A stretch of DNA of 64,000 nt, from the NCBI GenBank assembly GCA_043228905.1, contig JBHGNT010000046.1, forward strand, positions 142,789 through 206,788, read 5' to 3'. Every line of letters begins with the position of its first letter. Position 1 is the stretch's first letter. This DNA is from Azolla caroliniana. Taxonomy: Eukaryota; Plantae; Polypodiophyta. The position numbers and the translations under genes are program-made. The notes beneath the pieces are model-generated. The model did not search any database. It was not told the DNA's origin and was given only the letters and a program-made list of their open reading frames with translations. Below are positions 1-13,334 of this stretch, piece after piece.

Positions 1-759
1 AATCCGATAGCACACTCGCCACGTATGAACATTTTAATTTACTCAAGGGCTCCTTTCAACTCACTCTTGAAATTTGGTAATTTCATCATGTCTCTCGACC
101 TGAGTTTCAAAATCTTGATTTTTTAATTCCATATCATAGCTAGCGTTGTTAGCTTCGATTCGCATGTTTGAACACAAAAATTCGATATCACACTCGCCAC
201 GTATGAACATTTTAATTTTCCTACTAGCTCTTCCCAACTCACTCCTCAAATTTGGTAATTTCGTCATGTCTCTCGACCTGAGTTTCCAAATCTTAATTTT
301 TTCATACCATATCATAGCTAGCGTTGTTAGCTTCGATTCGCATGTTTGAGCACAAAAATTCGATATCACAGGAGCCAGGTATGAACATTTTCATTTACTC
401 AAGGGCTCCTCTCAACTCACTCCTCAAATTTGGTAATTTCGTCATGTCTCTCGACCTGAGTTTCAAAATCTTGATTTTTTAATTCCATATCATAGCTAGC
501 GTTGTTAGCTTCGATTCGCATGTATGAGCACAAAAATTCGATATCACAAGAGCCAGGTATGAACATTTTAATTTACTCAAGGGCTCCTCTCAACTCACTC
601 CTCTAATTTGGTAATTTCGTCATGTCTCTGGACCTGAGTTTCAATATCTTCATTTTTTAATTCCATATCATAGCTAGCGTTGTTAGCTTCGATTCGCATG
701 TTTGAACACAAAAATCCGATATCACACGAGCCAGGTATGAACATTTTAATTTACTCAAG

Positions 760-3700
760 GGCTCCTTTCAACTCACTCTTGAAATTTGGTAATTTCATCA
801 TGTCTCTCGACCTGAGTTTCAAAATCTTGATTTTTTAATTCCATATCATAGCTAGCGTTGTTAGCTTCGATTCGCATGTTTGAACACAAAAATCCGATAT
901 CACACTCGCCACGTATGAACATTTTAATTTTCCTACTAGCTCTTCCCAACTCACTCCTCAAATTTGGTAATTTCGTCATGTCTCTCGACCTGAGTTTCCA
1001 AATCTTAATTTTTTCATACCATATCATAGCTAGCGTTGTTAGCTTCGATTCGCATGTTTGAGCACAAAAATTCGATATCACAGGAGCCAGGTATGAACAT
1101 TTTCATTTACTCAAGGGCTCCTCTCAACTCACTCCTCAAATTTGGTAATTTCGTCATGTCTCTCGACCTGAGTTTCAAAATCTTGATTTTTTAATTCCAT
1201 ATCATAGCTAGCGTTGTTAGCTTCGATTCGCATGTTTGAACACAAAAATCCGATATCACACGAGCTAGGTATGAACATTTTAATTTACTCAAGGGCTCCT
1301 CTCAACTCACTCCTCTAATTTGGTAATTTCGTCATGTCTCTGGACCTGAGTTTCAATATCTTCATTTTTTAATTCCATATCATAGCTAGCGTTGTTAGCT
1401 TCGATTCGCATGTTTGAACACAAAAATCCGATATCACACGAGCCAGGTATGAACATTTTAATTTACTCAAGGGCTCCTCTCAACTCCCTCCTAAAATTTG
1501 GTAATTTCGTCATGTCTCTCGACCTGAGTTTCAAAATCTTGATTTTTTAATTCCATATCATAGCTAGCGTTGCTAGCTTCGATTCGCATGTTTGAGCACA
1601 AAAATTCGATATCACAGGAGCCAGGTATGAACATTTTAATTTACTCAAGGGCTCCTCTCAACTCACTCCTCAAATTTGGTAATTTCGTCATGTCTCTCGA
1701 CCTGAGTTTCAAAATCTTGATTTTTTAATTCCATATCATAGCTAGCGTTGTTAGCTTTGATTCGCATGTTTGAACACGAAAATCCGATATCACACGAGCC
1801 AGGTATGAACATTTTCATTTACTCAAGGGCTCCTCTCAACTCACTCCTCAAATTTGCTAATTTCGTCATGTCTCTCGACCTGAGTTTCAAAATCTTGATT
1901 TTTTAATTCCATATCATAGCTAGCGTTGTTAGCTTCGATTCGCATGTTTGAACACAAAAATCCGATATCACACTCGCCAGGTATGAACATTTTAATTTTC
2001 CTACTAGCTCTTCCCAACTCACTCCTCAAATTTGGTAATTTCGTCATGTCTCTCGACCTGAGTTTCCAAATCTTAATTTTTTCATACCATATCATAGCTA
2101 GCGTTGTTAGCTTCGATTCGCATGTTTGAGCACAAAAATTCGATATCACAAGAGCCAGGTATGAACATTTTAATTTACTCAAGGGCTCCTTTCAACTCAC
2201 TCTTGAAATTTGGTAATTTCATCATGTCTCTCAAACTGAGTTTCAAAATCTTGATTTTTTAATTCCATATCATAGCTAGCGTTGTTAGCTTCGATTCGCA
2301 TGTATGAGCACAAAAATTCGATATCACAAGAGCCAGGTATGAACATTTTAATTTACTCAAGGGCTCCTCTCAACTCACTCCTCTAATTTGGTAATTTCGT
2401 CATGTCTCTGGACCTGAGTTTCAATATCTTCATTTTTTAATTCCATATCATAGCTAGCGTTGTTAGCTTCGATTCGCATGTTTGAACACAAAAATCCGAT
2501 ATCACACGAGCCAGGTATGAACATTTTAATTTACTCAAGGGCTCCTCCCAACTCACTCCTCAAATTTGGTAATTTCGTCATGTCTCTCGACCTGAGTTTC
2601 AAAATCTTGATTTTTTAATTCCATATCATAGCTAGCGTTGTTAGCTTCGATTCGCATGTTTGAACACAAAAATCCGATATCACACTCGCCAGGTATGAAC
2701 ATTTTAATTTTCCTACTAGCTCTTCCCAACTCACTCCGCAAATTTGGTAATTTCGTCATGTCTCTCGACCTGAGTTTCCAAATCTTGATTTTTTCATACA
2801 ATATCATATCTAGCGTTGTTAGCTTCGATTTGCATGTTTGAGCACAAAAATTCGATATCACACGAGCCAGGTATGAACATTTTAATTTACTCAAGGGCTC
2901 CTTTCAACTCACTCTTGAAATTTGGTAATTTCATCATGTCTCTCAAACTGAGTTTCAAAATCTTGATTTTTTAATTCCATATCATAGCTAGCGTTGTTAG
3001 CTTCGATTCGCATGTTTGAACACAAAAATCCGATATCACACTCGCCACGTATGAACATTTTAATTTTCCTACTAGCTCTTCCCAACTCACTCCTCAAATT
3101 TGGTAATTTCGTCATGTCTCTCGACCTGAGTTTCCAAATCTTAATTTTTTCATACCATATCATAGCTAGCGTTGTTAGCTTCGATTCGCATGTTTGAGCA
3201 CAAAAATTCGATATCACAGGAGCCAGGTATGAACATTTTCATTTACTCAAGGGCTCCTCTCAACTCACTCCTCAAATTTGGTAATTTCGTCATGTCTCTC
3301 GACCTGAGTTTCAAAATCTTGATTTTTTAATTCCATATCATAGCTAGCGTTGTTAGCTTCGATTCGCATGTTTGAGCACAAAAATACGATATCACAAGAG
3401 CCAGCTATGAACATTTTAATTTACTCAAGGGCTCCTCTCAACTCACTCCTCTAATTTGGTAATTTCGTCATGTCTCTGGACCTGAGTTTCAATATCTTCA
3501 TTTTTTAATTCCATATCATAGCTAGCGTTGTTAGCTTCGATTCGCATGTTTGAACACAAAAATCCGATATCACACGAGCCAGGTATGAACATTTTAATTT
3601 ACTCAAGGGCTCCTCTCAACTCCCTCCTAAAATTTGCTAATTTCGTCATGTCTCTCGACCTGAGTTTCAAAATCTTGATTTTTTAATTCCATATCATAGC

Positions 3701-4300
3701 TAGCGTTGCTAGCTTCGATTCGCATGTTTGAACACAAAAATCCGATATCACACTCGCCAGGTATGAACATTTTAATTTACTCAAGGGCTCCTCGCAACTC
3801 ACTCCTCAAATTTGGTAATTTCGTCATGTCTCTCGACCTGAGTTTCGAAATCTTGATTTTTTAATTCCATATCATAGCTAGCGTTGTTAGCTTTGATTCG
3901 CATGTTTGAACACGAAAATCCGATATCACACGAGCCAGGTATGAACATTTTCATTTACTCAAGGGCTCCTCTCAACTCACTCCTCAAATTTGCTAATTTC
4001 GTCATGTCTCTCGACCTGAGTTTCAAAATCTTGATTTTTTAATTCCATATCATAGCTAGCGTTGTTAGCTTCGATTCGCATGTTTGAACACAAAAATCCG
4101 ATATCACACTCGCCACGTATGAACATTTTAATTTTCCTACTAGCTCTTCCCAACTCACTCCTCAAATTTGGTAATTTCGTCATGTCTCTCGACCTGAGTT
4201 TCCAAATCTTAATTTTTTCATACCATATCATAGCTAGCGTTGTTAGCTTCGATTCGCATGTTTGAGCACAAAAATTCGATATCACAAGAGCCAGGTATGA
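760..4300. repeat. Imperfect 12-monomer (2136 bp) duplication, overlapping a 4-monomer (712 bp) repeat at 1-1424
   Basis: Pseudo-ORF offsets 773->2909, 1841->3977 (2136) and 61->773 (712). Rare variants ttgctagc and ctttgattcg/acacgaaa are shared at the 2136 offset. Confidence 0.75.
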
Positions 4301-7300
4301 ACATTTTAATTTACTCAAGGGCTCCTCTCAACTCACTCCTCTAATTTGGTAATTTTGTCATGTCTCTGGACCTGAGTTTCAATATCTTCATTTTTTAATT
4401 CCATATCATAGCTAGCGTTGTTAGCTTCGATTCGCATGTTTGAAAACAAAAATCCGATATCACACGAGCCAGGTATGAACATTTTAATTTACTCAAGGGC
4501 TCCTCCCAACTCACTCCTCAAATTTGGTAATTTCGTCATGTCTCTCGACCTGAGTTTCAAAATCTTGATTTTTTAATTCCATATCATAGCTAGCGTTGTT
4601 AGCTTCGATTCGCATGTTTGAACACAAAAATCCGATATCACACTCGCCAGGTATGAACATTTTAATTTTCCTACTAGCTCTTCCCAACTCACTCCGCAAA
4701 TTTGGTAATTTCGTCATGTCTCTCGACCTGAGTTTCCAAATCTTGATTTTTTCATACAATATCATATCTAGCGTTGTTAGCTTCGATTTGCATGTTTGAG
4801 CACAAAAATTCGATATCACACGAGCCAGGTATGAACATTTTAATTTACTGAAGGGCTCCTCTCAACTCACTCCTCAAATTTGGTAATTTCGTCATGTCTC
4901 TCGACCTGAGTTTCAAAATCTTGATTTTTTAATTCTATATCATAGCTAGCGTTGTTAGCTTCGATTCGCATGTTTGACCACAAAAATCCGATATCACACG
5001 AGCCAGGTATGAACATTGTATTTTACTCAAGGGCTCCTCTCATCTCCCTCCTAAAATTTGGTAATTTCATCATGTCTTTCGACCTGAGTTTCAAAATCTT
5101 GATTTTTTAATTCCATATCATAGGTAGCGTTGTTAGCTTCGATTCGCATGTTTGACCACAAAAATCCGATATCACACGAGCCAGGTATGAACATTGTATT
5201 TTACTCAAGGGCTCCTCTCAACTCACTCCTCAAATTTGGTAATTTCGTCATGTCTCTCGACCTGAGTTTCAAAATCTTGATTTTTTAATTCTATATCATA
5301 GCTAGCGTTGTTAGCTTCGATTCGCATGTTTGACCACAAAAATCCGATATCACACGAGCCAGGTATGAACATTGTGTTTTACTCAAGGGCTCCTCTCATC
5401 TCCCTCCTAAAATTTGGTAATGTCATCATGTCTTTCGACCTGAGTTTCAAAATCTTGATTTTTTAATTCCATATGATAGCTAGCGCTGTTAGCTTCGATT
5501 CGCATGTTTGAACACAAAAATCCGATATCACACGAGCCAGGTATGAACATTTTAATTTACTCAAGGGCTCCTCCCAACTCACTCCTCAAATTTGCTAATT
5601 TCGTCATGTCTCTCGACCTGAGTTTCAAAATCTTGATTTTTTAATTCCATATCATAGCTAGCGTTGTTAGCTTCGATTCGCATGTTTGAACACAAAAATC
5701 CGATATCACACTCGCCACGTATGAACATTTTAATTTTCCTACTCTCTCTTCCCAACTCACTCCGCAAATTTGGTAATTTCGTCATGTCTCTCGACCTGAG
5801 TTTCCAAATCTTGATTTTTTCAGACAATATCATAGCTAGCGTTGTTAGCTTCGATTTGCATGTTTGAGCACAAAAATTCGATATCACACGAGCCAGGTAT
5901 GAACATTTTAATTTACTCAAGGGCTCCTCTCAACTCACTCCTCAAATTTGGTAATTTCGTCATGTCTCTCGACCTGAGTTTCAAAATCTTGATTTTTTAA
6001 TTCTATATCATAGCTAGCGTTGTTAGCTTCGATTCGCATGTTTGACCACAAAAATCCGATATCACACGAGCCAGGTATGAACATTGTATTTTATTCAAGG
6101 GCTCCTCTCATCTCCCTCCTAAAATTTAGTAATTTCATCATGTCTTTCGACCTGAGTTTCAAAATCTTGATTTTTTAATTCCATATGATAGCTAGCGTTG
6201 TTAGCTTCGATTCGCATGTTTGCACACAAAAATCCGATATCACACGAGCCAGGTATGAACATTTTAATTTACTCAAGGGCTCCTCCCAACTCACTCCTCA
6301 AATTTGGTAATTTCGTCATGTCTCTCGACCTGAGTTTCAAAATCTTGATTTTTTAATTCCATATCATAGCTAGCGTTGTTAGCTTCGATTCGCATGTTTG
6401 AACACAAAAATCCGATATCACACTCGCCAGGTATGAACATTTTAATTTACCTCCAAGCTATTCTCAACTCACTCGTCAAATTTGGTAATTTCATCATGTC
6501 TTTCGACCTGAGTTTCAAAATCTCGATTTTTTAATTCCATATCATAGCTAGTGTTGTTAGCTTCGATTCGCATGTTTGATCACAAAAATCCGATATCACA
6601 CTCGCCACGTATGAACATTTTAATTTTCCTACTAGGTCTTCCCAACTCACTCCTCAAATTTGGTAATTTCGTCATGTCTCTCGACCTGAGTTTCCAAATC
6701 TTAATTTTTTAATTCCATATCATAGGTAGCGTTGTTAGCTTCGATTCGCATGTTTGACCACAAAAATCCGATATCACACGAGCCAGGTATGAACATTGTA
6801 TTTTACTCAAGGGCTCCTCTCAACTCCCTCCTAAAATTTGGTAATTTCATCATGTCTCTGGACCTGAGTTTCAATATCTTGATTTTTTAATTCCATATCA
6901 TAGCTAGCGTTGTTAGCTTCGATTCGCAGGTTTGAACACAAAAATCCGATATCACACGAGCCAGGTATGAACATTTTAATTTACTCAAGGGCTCCTCCGA
7001 ACTCACTCGTCAAATTTGGTAATTTCATCATGTCTCTCGACCTGAGTTTCAAAATCTTGATTTTTTAATTCCATATCATAGCTAGCGTTGTTAGCTTCGA
7101 TTCGCATGTTTGAACACAAAAATCCGATATCACACTCGCCACGTATGAACATTTTAATTTTCCTACTAGCTCTTCCCAACTCACTCCGCAAATTTGGTAA
7201 TTTCGTCATGTCTCTCGACCTGAGTTTCCAAATCTTGATTTTTTCATACAATATCATAGCTAGCGTTGTTAGCTTCGATTTGCATGTTTGAGCACAAAAA

Positions 7301-7329
7301 TTCGATATCACACGAGCCAGGTATGAACA

Positions 7330-9980
7330 TTTTAATTTACTCAAGGGCTCCTCTCAACTCACTCCTGAAATTTGGTAATTTCATCATGTCTCTCGACCTG
7401 AGTTTCAAAATCTTGATTTTTTAATTCCATATCATAGCTAGCATTGTTAGCTTCGATTCGCATGTTTGAACACAAGAATACGATATTACACGAGCCAGGT
7501 ATGAACATTGTATTTTACTCAAGGGCTCCTCTCAACTCCCTCCTAAAATTTGCTAATTTCGTCATGTCTCTCGACCTGAGTTTCAAAATCTTGATTTTTT
7601 AATTCCATATCATAGCTAGCGTTGTTAGCTTCGATTCGCATGTTTGAACACAAAAATCCGATATCACACTCGCCAGGTATGAACATTTTAATTTACTCAA
7701 GGGCTCCTCTCAACTCACTCCTCAAATTTGCTAATTTCGTCATGTCTCTCGACCTGAGTTTCAAAATCTTGATTTTTTAATTCCATATCATAGCTAGCGT
7801 TGTTAGCTTCGATTCGCATGTTTGAACACGAAAATCCGATATCACACGAGCCAGGTATGAACATTTTCATTTACTCAAGGGGTCCTCTCAACTCACTCCT
7901 CAAATTTGCTAATTTCGTCATGTCTCTCGACCTGAGTTTCAAAATCTTGATTTTTTAATTCCATATCATAGCTAGCGTTGTTAGCTTCGATTCGCATGTT
8001 TGAACACAAAAATCCGATATCACACTCGCCACGTATGAACATTTTAATTTTCCTACTAGCTCTTCCCAACTCACTCCTCAAATTTGGTAATTTCGTCATG
8101 TCTCTCGACCTGAGTTTCCAAATCTTACTTTTTTCATACCATATCATAGCTAGCGTTGTTAGCTTCGATTCGCATGTTTGAGCACAAAAATTCGATATCA
8201 CAGGAGCCAGGTATGAACATTTTCATTTACTCAAGGGCTCCTCTCAACTCACTCCTCAAATTTGGTAATTTCGTCATGTCTCTCGACCTGAGTTTCAAAA
8301 TCTTGATTTTTTAATTCCATATCATAGCTAGCGTTGTTAGCTTCGATTCGCATGTTTGAGCACAAAAATACGATATCACAAGAGCCAGGTATGAACATTT
8401 TAATTTACCCAAGGGCTCCTCTCAACTCACTCCTCTAATTTGGTAATTTCGTCATGTCTCTGGACCTGAGTTTCAATATCTTCATTTTTTAATTCCATAT
8501 CATAGCTAGCGTTGTTAGCTTCGATTCGCATGTTTGAACACAAAAATCCGATATCACACGAGCCACGTATGAACATTTTAATTTACTTCCCAGCTATTCT
8601 CAACTCACTCGTCAAATTTGGTAATTTCGTCATGTCTCTCGACCTGAGTTTCAAAATCTTGATTTTTTAATTCAATATCATAGCTAGCGTTGTTAGCTTC
8701 GATTCGCATGTTTGAACACAAATATCCGATATCACACGAGCCAGGTATGAACATTTTAATTTACTCAAGGGCTCCTTTCAACTCACTCCTGAAATTTGGT
8801 AATTTCATCATGTCTCTCGACCTGAGTTTCAAAATCTTGATTTTTTAATTCCATATCATAGCTAGCATTGTTAGCTTCGATTCGCATGTTTGAACACAAG
8901 AATACGATATTACACGAGCCAGGTATGAACATTGTATTTTACTCAAGGGCTCCTCTCAACTCCCTCCTAAAATTTGCTAATTTCGTCATGTCTCTCGACC
9001 TGAGTTTCAAAATCTTGATTTTTTAATTCCATATCATAGCTAGCGTTGTTAGCTTCGATTCGCATGTTTGAACACAAAAATCCGATATCACACTCGCCAG
9101 GTATGAACATTTTAATTTACTCAAGGGCTCCTCTCAACTCACTCCTCAAATTTGCTAATTTCGTCATGTCTCTCGACCTGAGTTTCAATATCTTGATTTT
9201 TTAATTCCATATCATAGCTAGCGTTGTTAGCTTCGATTCGCATGTTTGAACACGAAAATCCGATATCACACGAGCCAGGTATGAACATTTTCATTTACTC
9301 AAGGGCTCCTCTCAACTCACTCCTCAAATTTGCTAATTTCGTCATGTCTCTCGACCTGAGTTTCAAAATCTTGATTTTTTAATTCCATATCATAGCTAGC
9401 GTTGTTAGCTTCGATTCGCATGTTTGAACACAAAAATCCGATATCACACTCGCCACGTATGAACATTTTAATTTTCCTACTAGCTCTTCCCAACTCACTC
9501 CTCAAATTTGGTAATTTCGTCATGTCTCTCGACCTGAGTTTCCAAATCTTACTTTTTTCATACCATATCATAGCTAGCGTTGTTAGCTTCGATTCGCATG
9601 TTTGAGCACAAAAATTCGATATCACAGGAGCCAGGTATGAACATTTTCATTTACTCAAGGGCTCCTCTCAACTCACTCCTCAAATTTGGTAATTTCGTCA
9701 TGTCTCTCGACCTGAGTTTCAAAATCTTGATTTTTTAATTCCATATCATAGCTAGCGTTGTTAGCTTCGATTCGCATGTTTGAGCACAAAAATACGATAT
9801 CACAAGAGCCAGGTATGAACATTTTAATTTACCCAAGGGCTCCTCTCAACTCACTCCTCTAATTTGGTAATTTCGTCATGTCTCTGGACCTGAGTTTCAA
9901 TATCTTCATTTTTTAATTCCATATCATAGCTAGCGTTGTTAGCTTCGATTCGCATGTTTGAACACAAAAATCCGATATCA
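7330..9980. repeat. 8-monomer (1424 bp) near-tandem duplication; copied onward to ~20.7-23.3 kb and ~28.9-31.5 kb
   Basis: ORF markers 7893->9317, 21243->22667, 29430->30854. Variants cttacttttt and tacccaag are shared. Confidence 0.85.
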
Positions 9981-12900
9981 CACGAGCCAGGTATAAAAAT
10001 TTTAATTTACTCAAGGGCTCCTCCCAACTCACTCCTCAAATTTGGTAATTTCGTCATGTCTCTCGACCTGAGTTTCAAAATCTTGATTTTTTAATTCCAT
10101 ATCATAGCTAGCGTTGTTAGCTTCGATTCGCATGTTTGAACACAAAAATCCGATATCACACTCGCCAGGTATGAACATTTTAATTTTCCTACTAGCTCTT
10201 CCCAACTCACTCCGCAAATTTGGTAATTTCGTCATGTCTCTCGACCTGAGTTTCCAAATCTTGATTTTTTCATACAATATCATAGCTAGCGTTGTTAGCT
10301 TCGATTTGCATGTTTGAGCACAAAAATTCGATATCACACGAGCCAGGTATGAACATTTTAATTTACTCAAGGGCTCCTCTCAACTCACTCCTGAAATTTG
10401 GTAATTTCATCATGTCTCTCGACCTGAGTTTCAAAATCTTGATTTTTTAATTCCATATCATAGCTAGCATTGTTAGCTTCGATTCGCATGTTTGAACAGA
10501 AAAATCCGATATTACACGAGCCAGGTATGAACATTGTATTTTACTCAAGGGCTCCTCTCAACTCCCTCCTAAAATTTGGTAATTTCATCATGTCTTTCGA
10601 CCTGAGTTTCAAAATCTCGATTTTTTAATTCCATATCATAGCTAGTGTTGTTAGCTTCGATTCGCATGTTTGACCACAAAAATCCGATATCACACGAGCC
10701 ACGTATGAACATTTTAATTTACTTCCCAGCTATTCTCAACTCACTCGTCAAATTTGGTAATTTCGTCATGTCTCTCGACCTGAGTTTCAAAATCTTGATT
10801 TTTTAATTCAATATCATAGCTAGCGTTGTTAGCTTCGATTCGCATGTTTGAACACAAAAATCCGATATCACACGAGCCAGGTATGAACATTTTAATTTAC
10901 TCAAGGGCTCCTTTCAACTCAGTCCTGAAATTTGGTAATTTCATCATGTCTCTCGACCTGAGTTTCAAAATCTTGATTTTTTAATTCCATATCATAGCTA
11001 GCGTTGTTAGCTTCGATTCGCATGTTTGAACACAAGAATACGATATTACACGAGCCAGGTATGAACATTGTATTTTACTCAAGGGCTCCTCTCAACTCCC
11101 TCCTAAAATTTGGTAATTTCGTCATGTCTCTGGACCTGAGCTTCAAAATCTTGATTTTTTAATTCCATATCATAGCTAGCGTTGTTAGCTTCGATTCGCA
11201 TGTTTGAACCCAAAAATCCGATATCACACTCGCCAGGTATGAACATTTTACTTTACTCAAGGGCTCCTCCCAACTCACTTCTCAAATTTGGTAATTTCGT
11301 CATGTCTCTCGACCTGAGTTTCAAAATCTTGATTTTTTAATTCCATATCATAGCTAGCGTTGTTAGCTTCGATTCGCATGTTTGAACACAAAAATCCGAT
11401 ATCACACTCGCCGGGTATGAACATTTTAATTTTCCTACTAGCTCTTCCCAACTCACTCCGCAAATTTGGTAATTTCGTCATGTCTCTCGACCTGAGTTTC
11501 CAAATCTTGATTTTTTCATACCATATCATAGCTAGCGTTGTTAGCTTCGATTTGCATGTTTGAGCACAAAAATTCGATATCACACGAGCTAGGTATGAAC
11601 ATTTTAATTTACTCAAGGGCTCCTTTCAACTCACTCTTGAAATTTGGTAATTTCATCATGTCTCTCAAACTGAGTTTCAAAATCTTGATTTTTTAATTCC
11701 ATATCATAGCTAGCGTTGTTAGCTTCGATTCGCATGTATGAGCACAAAAATTCGATATCACAAGAGCCAGGTATGAACATTTTAATTTACTCAAGGGCTC
11801 CTCTCAACTCACTCCTCTAATTTGGTAATTTCGTCATGTCTCTGGACCTGAGTTTCAATATCTTCATTTTTTAATTCCATATCATAGCTAGCGTTGTTAG
11901 CTTCGATTCGCATGTTTGAACACAAAAATCCGATATCACACGAGCCAGGTATGAACATTTTAATTTACTCAAGGGCTCCTCCCAACTCACTCCTCAAATT
12001 TGGTAATTTCGTCATGTCTCTCGACCTGAGTTTCAAAATCTTGATTTTTTAATTCCATATCATAGCTAGCGTTGTTAGCTTCGATTCGCATGTTTGAACA
12101 CAAAAATCCGATATCACACTCGCCAGGTATGAACATTTTAATTTTCCTACTAGCTCTTCCCAACTCACTCCGCAAATTTGGTAATTTCGTCATGTCTCTC
12201 GACCTGAGTTTCCAAATCTTGATTTTTTCATACAATATCATATCTAGCGTTGTTAGCTTCGATTTGCATGTTTGAGCACAAAAATTCGATATCACACGAG
12301 CCAGGTATGAACATTTTAATTTACTCAAGGGCTCCTTTCAACTCACTCTTGAAATTTGGTAATTTCATCATGTCTCTCAAACTGAGTTTCAAAATCTTGA
12401 TTTTTTAATTCCATATCATAGCTAGCGTTGTTAGCTTCGATTCGCATGTTTGAACACAAAAATCCGATATCACACTCGCCACGTATGAACATTTTAATTT
12501 TCCTACTAGCTCTTCCCAACTCACTCCTCAAATTTGGTAATTTCGTCATGTCTCTCGACCTGAGTTTCCAAATCTTAATTTTTTCATACCATATCATAGC
12601 TAGCGTTGTTAGCTTCGATTCGCATGTTTGAGCACAAAAATTCGATATCACAGGAGCCAGGTATGAACATTTTCATTTACTCAAGGGCTCCTCTCAACTC
12701 ACTCCTCAAATTTGGTAATTTCGTCATGTCTCTCGACCTGAGTTTCAAAATCTTGATTTTTTAATTCCATATCATAGCTAGCGTTGTTAGCTTCGATTCG
12801 CATGTTTGAGCACAAAAATTCGATATCACAAGAGCCAGCTATGAACATTTTAATTTACTCAAGGGCTCCTCTCAACTCACTCCTCTAATTTGGTAATTTC

Positions 12901-13334
12901 GTCATGTCTCTGGACCTGAGTTTCAATATCTTCATTTTTTAATTCCATATCATAGCTAGCGTTGTTAGCTTCGATTCGCATGTTTGAACACAAAAATCCG
13001 ATATCACACGAGCCAGGTATGAACATTTTAATTTACTCAAGGGCTCCTCTCAACTCCCTCCTAAAATTTGCTAATTTCGTCATGTCTCTCGACCTGAGTT
13101 TCAAAATCTTGATTTTTTAATTCCATATCATAGCTAGCGTTGCTAGCTTCGATTCGCATGTTTGAACACAAAAATCCGATATCACACTCGCCAGGTATGA
13201 ACATTTTAATTTACTCAAGGGCTCCTCGCAACTCACTCCTCAAATTTGGTAATTTCGTCATGTCTCTCGACCTGAGTTTCGAAATCTTGATTTTTTAATT
13301 CCATATCATAGCTAGCGTTGTTAGCTTTGATTCG

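Noticed and set aside
136-165. tRNA/Pol III A-box and B-box-like motifs (tagctagcgttg ... gcttcgattcg)
   Set aside because: The B-box-like motif lacks the invariant G of GTTCRA, the A-B spacing is far too short, and no cloverleaf is evident.
152-170. CENP-B box-like TTCG motif
   Set aside because: Only TTCG matches. The downstream A and CGGG of the canonical box are absent.
1-178. Identity with Arabidopsis CEN178 or primate alpha satellite
   Set aside because: Only the length is similar; I see none of their characteristic motifs. A database search is needed for a real assignment.
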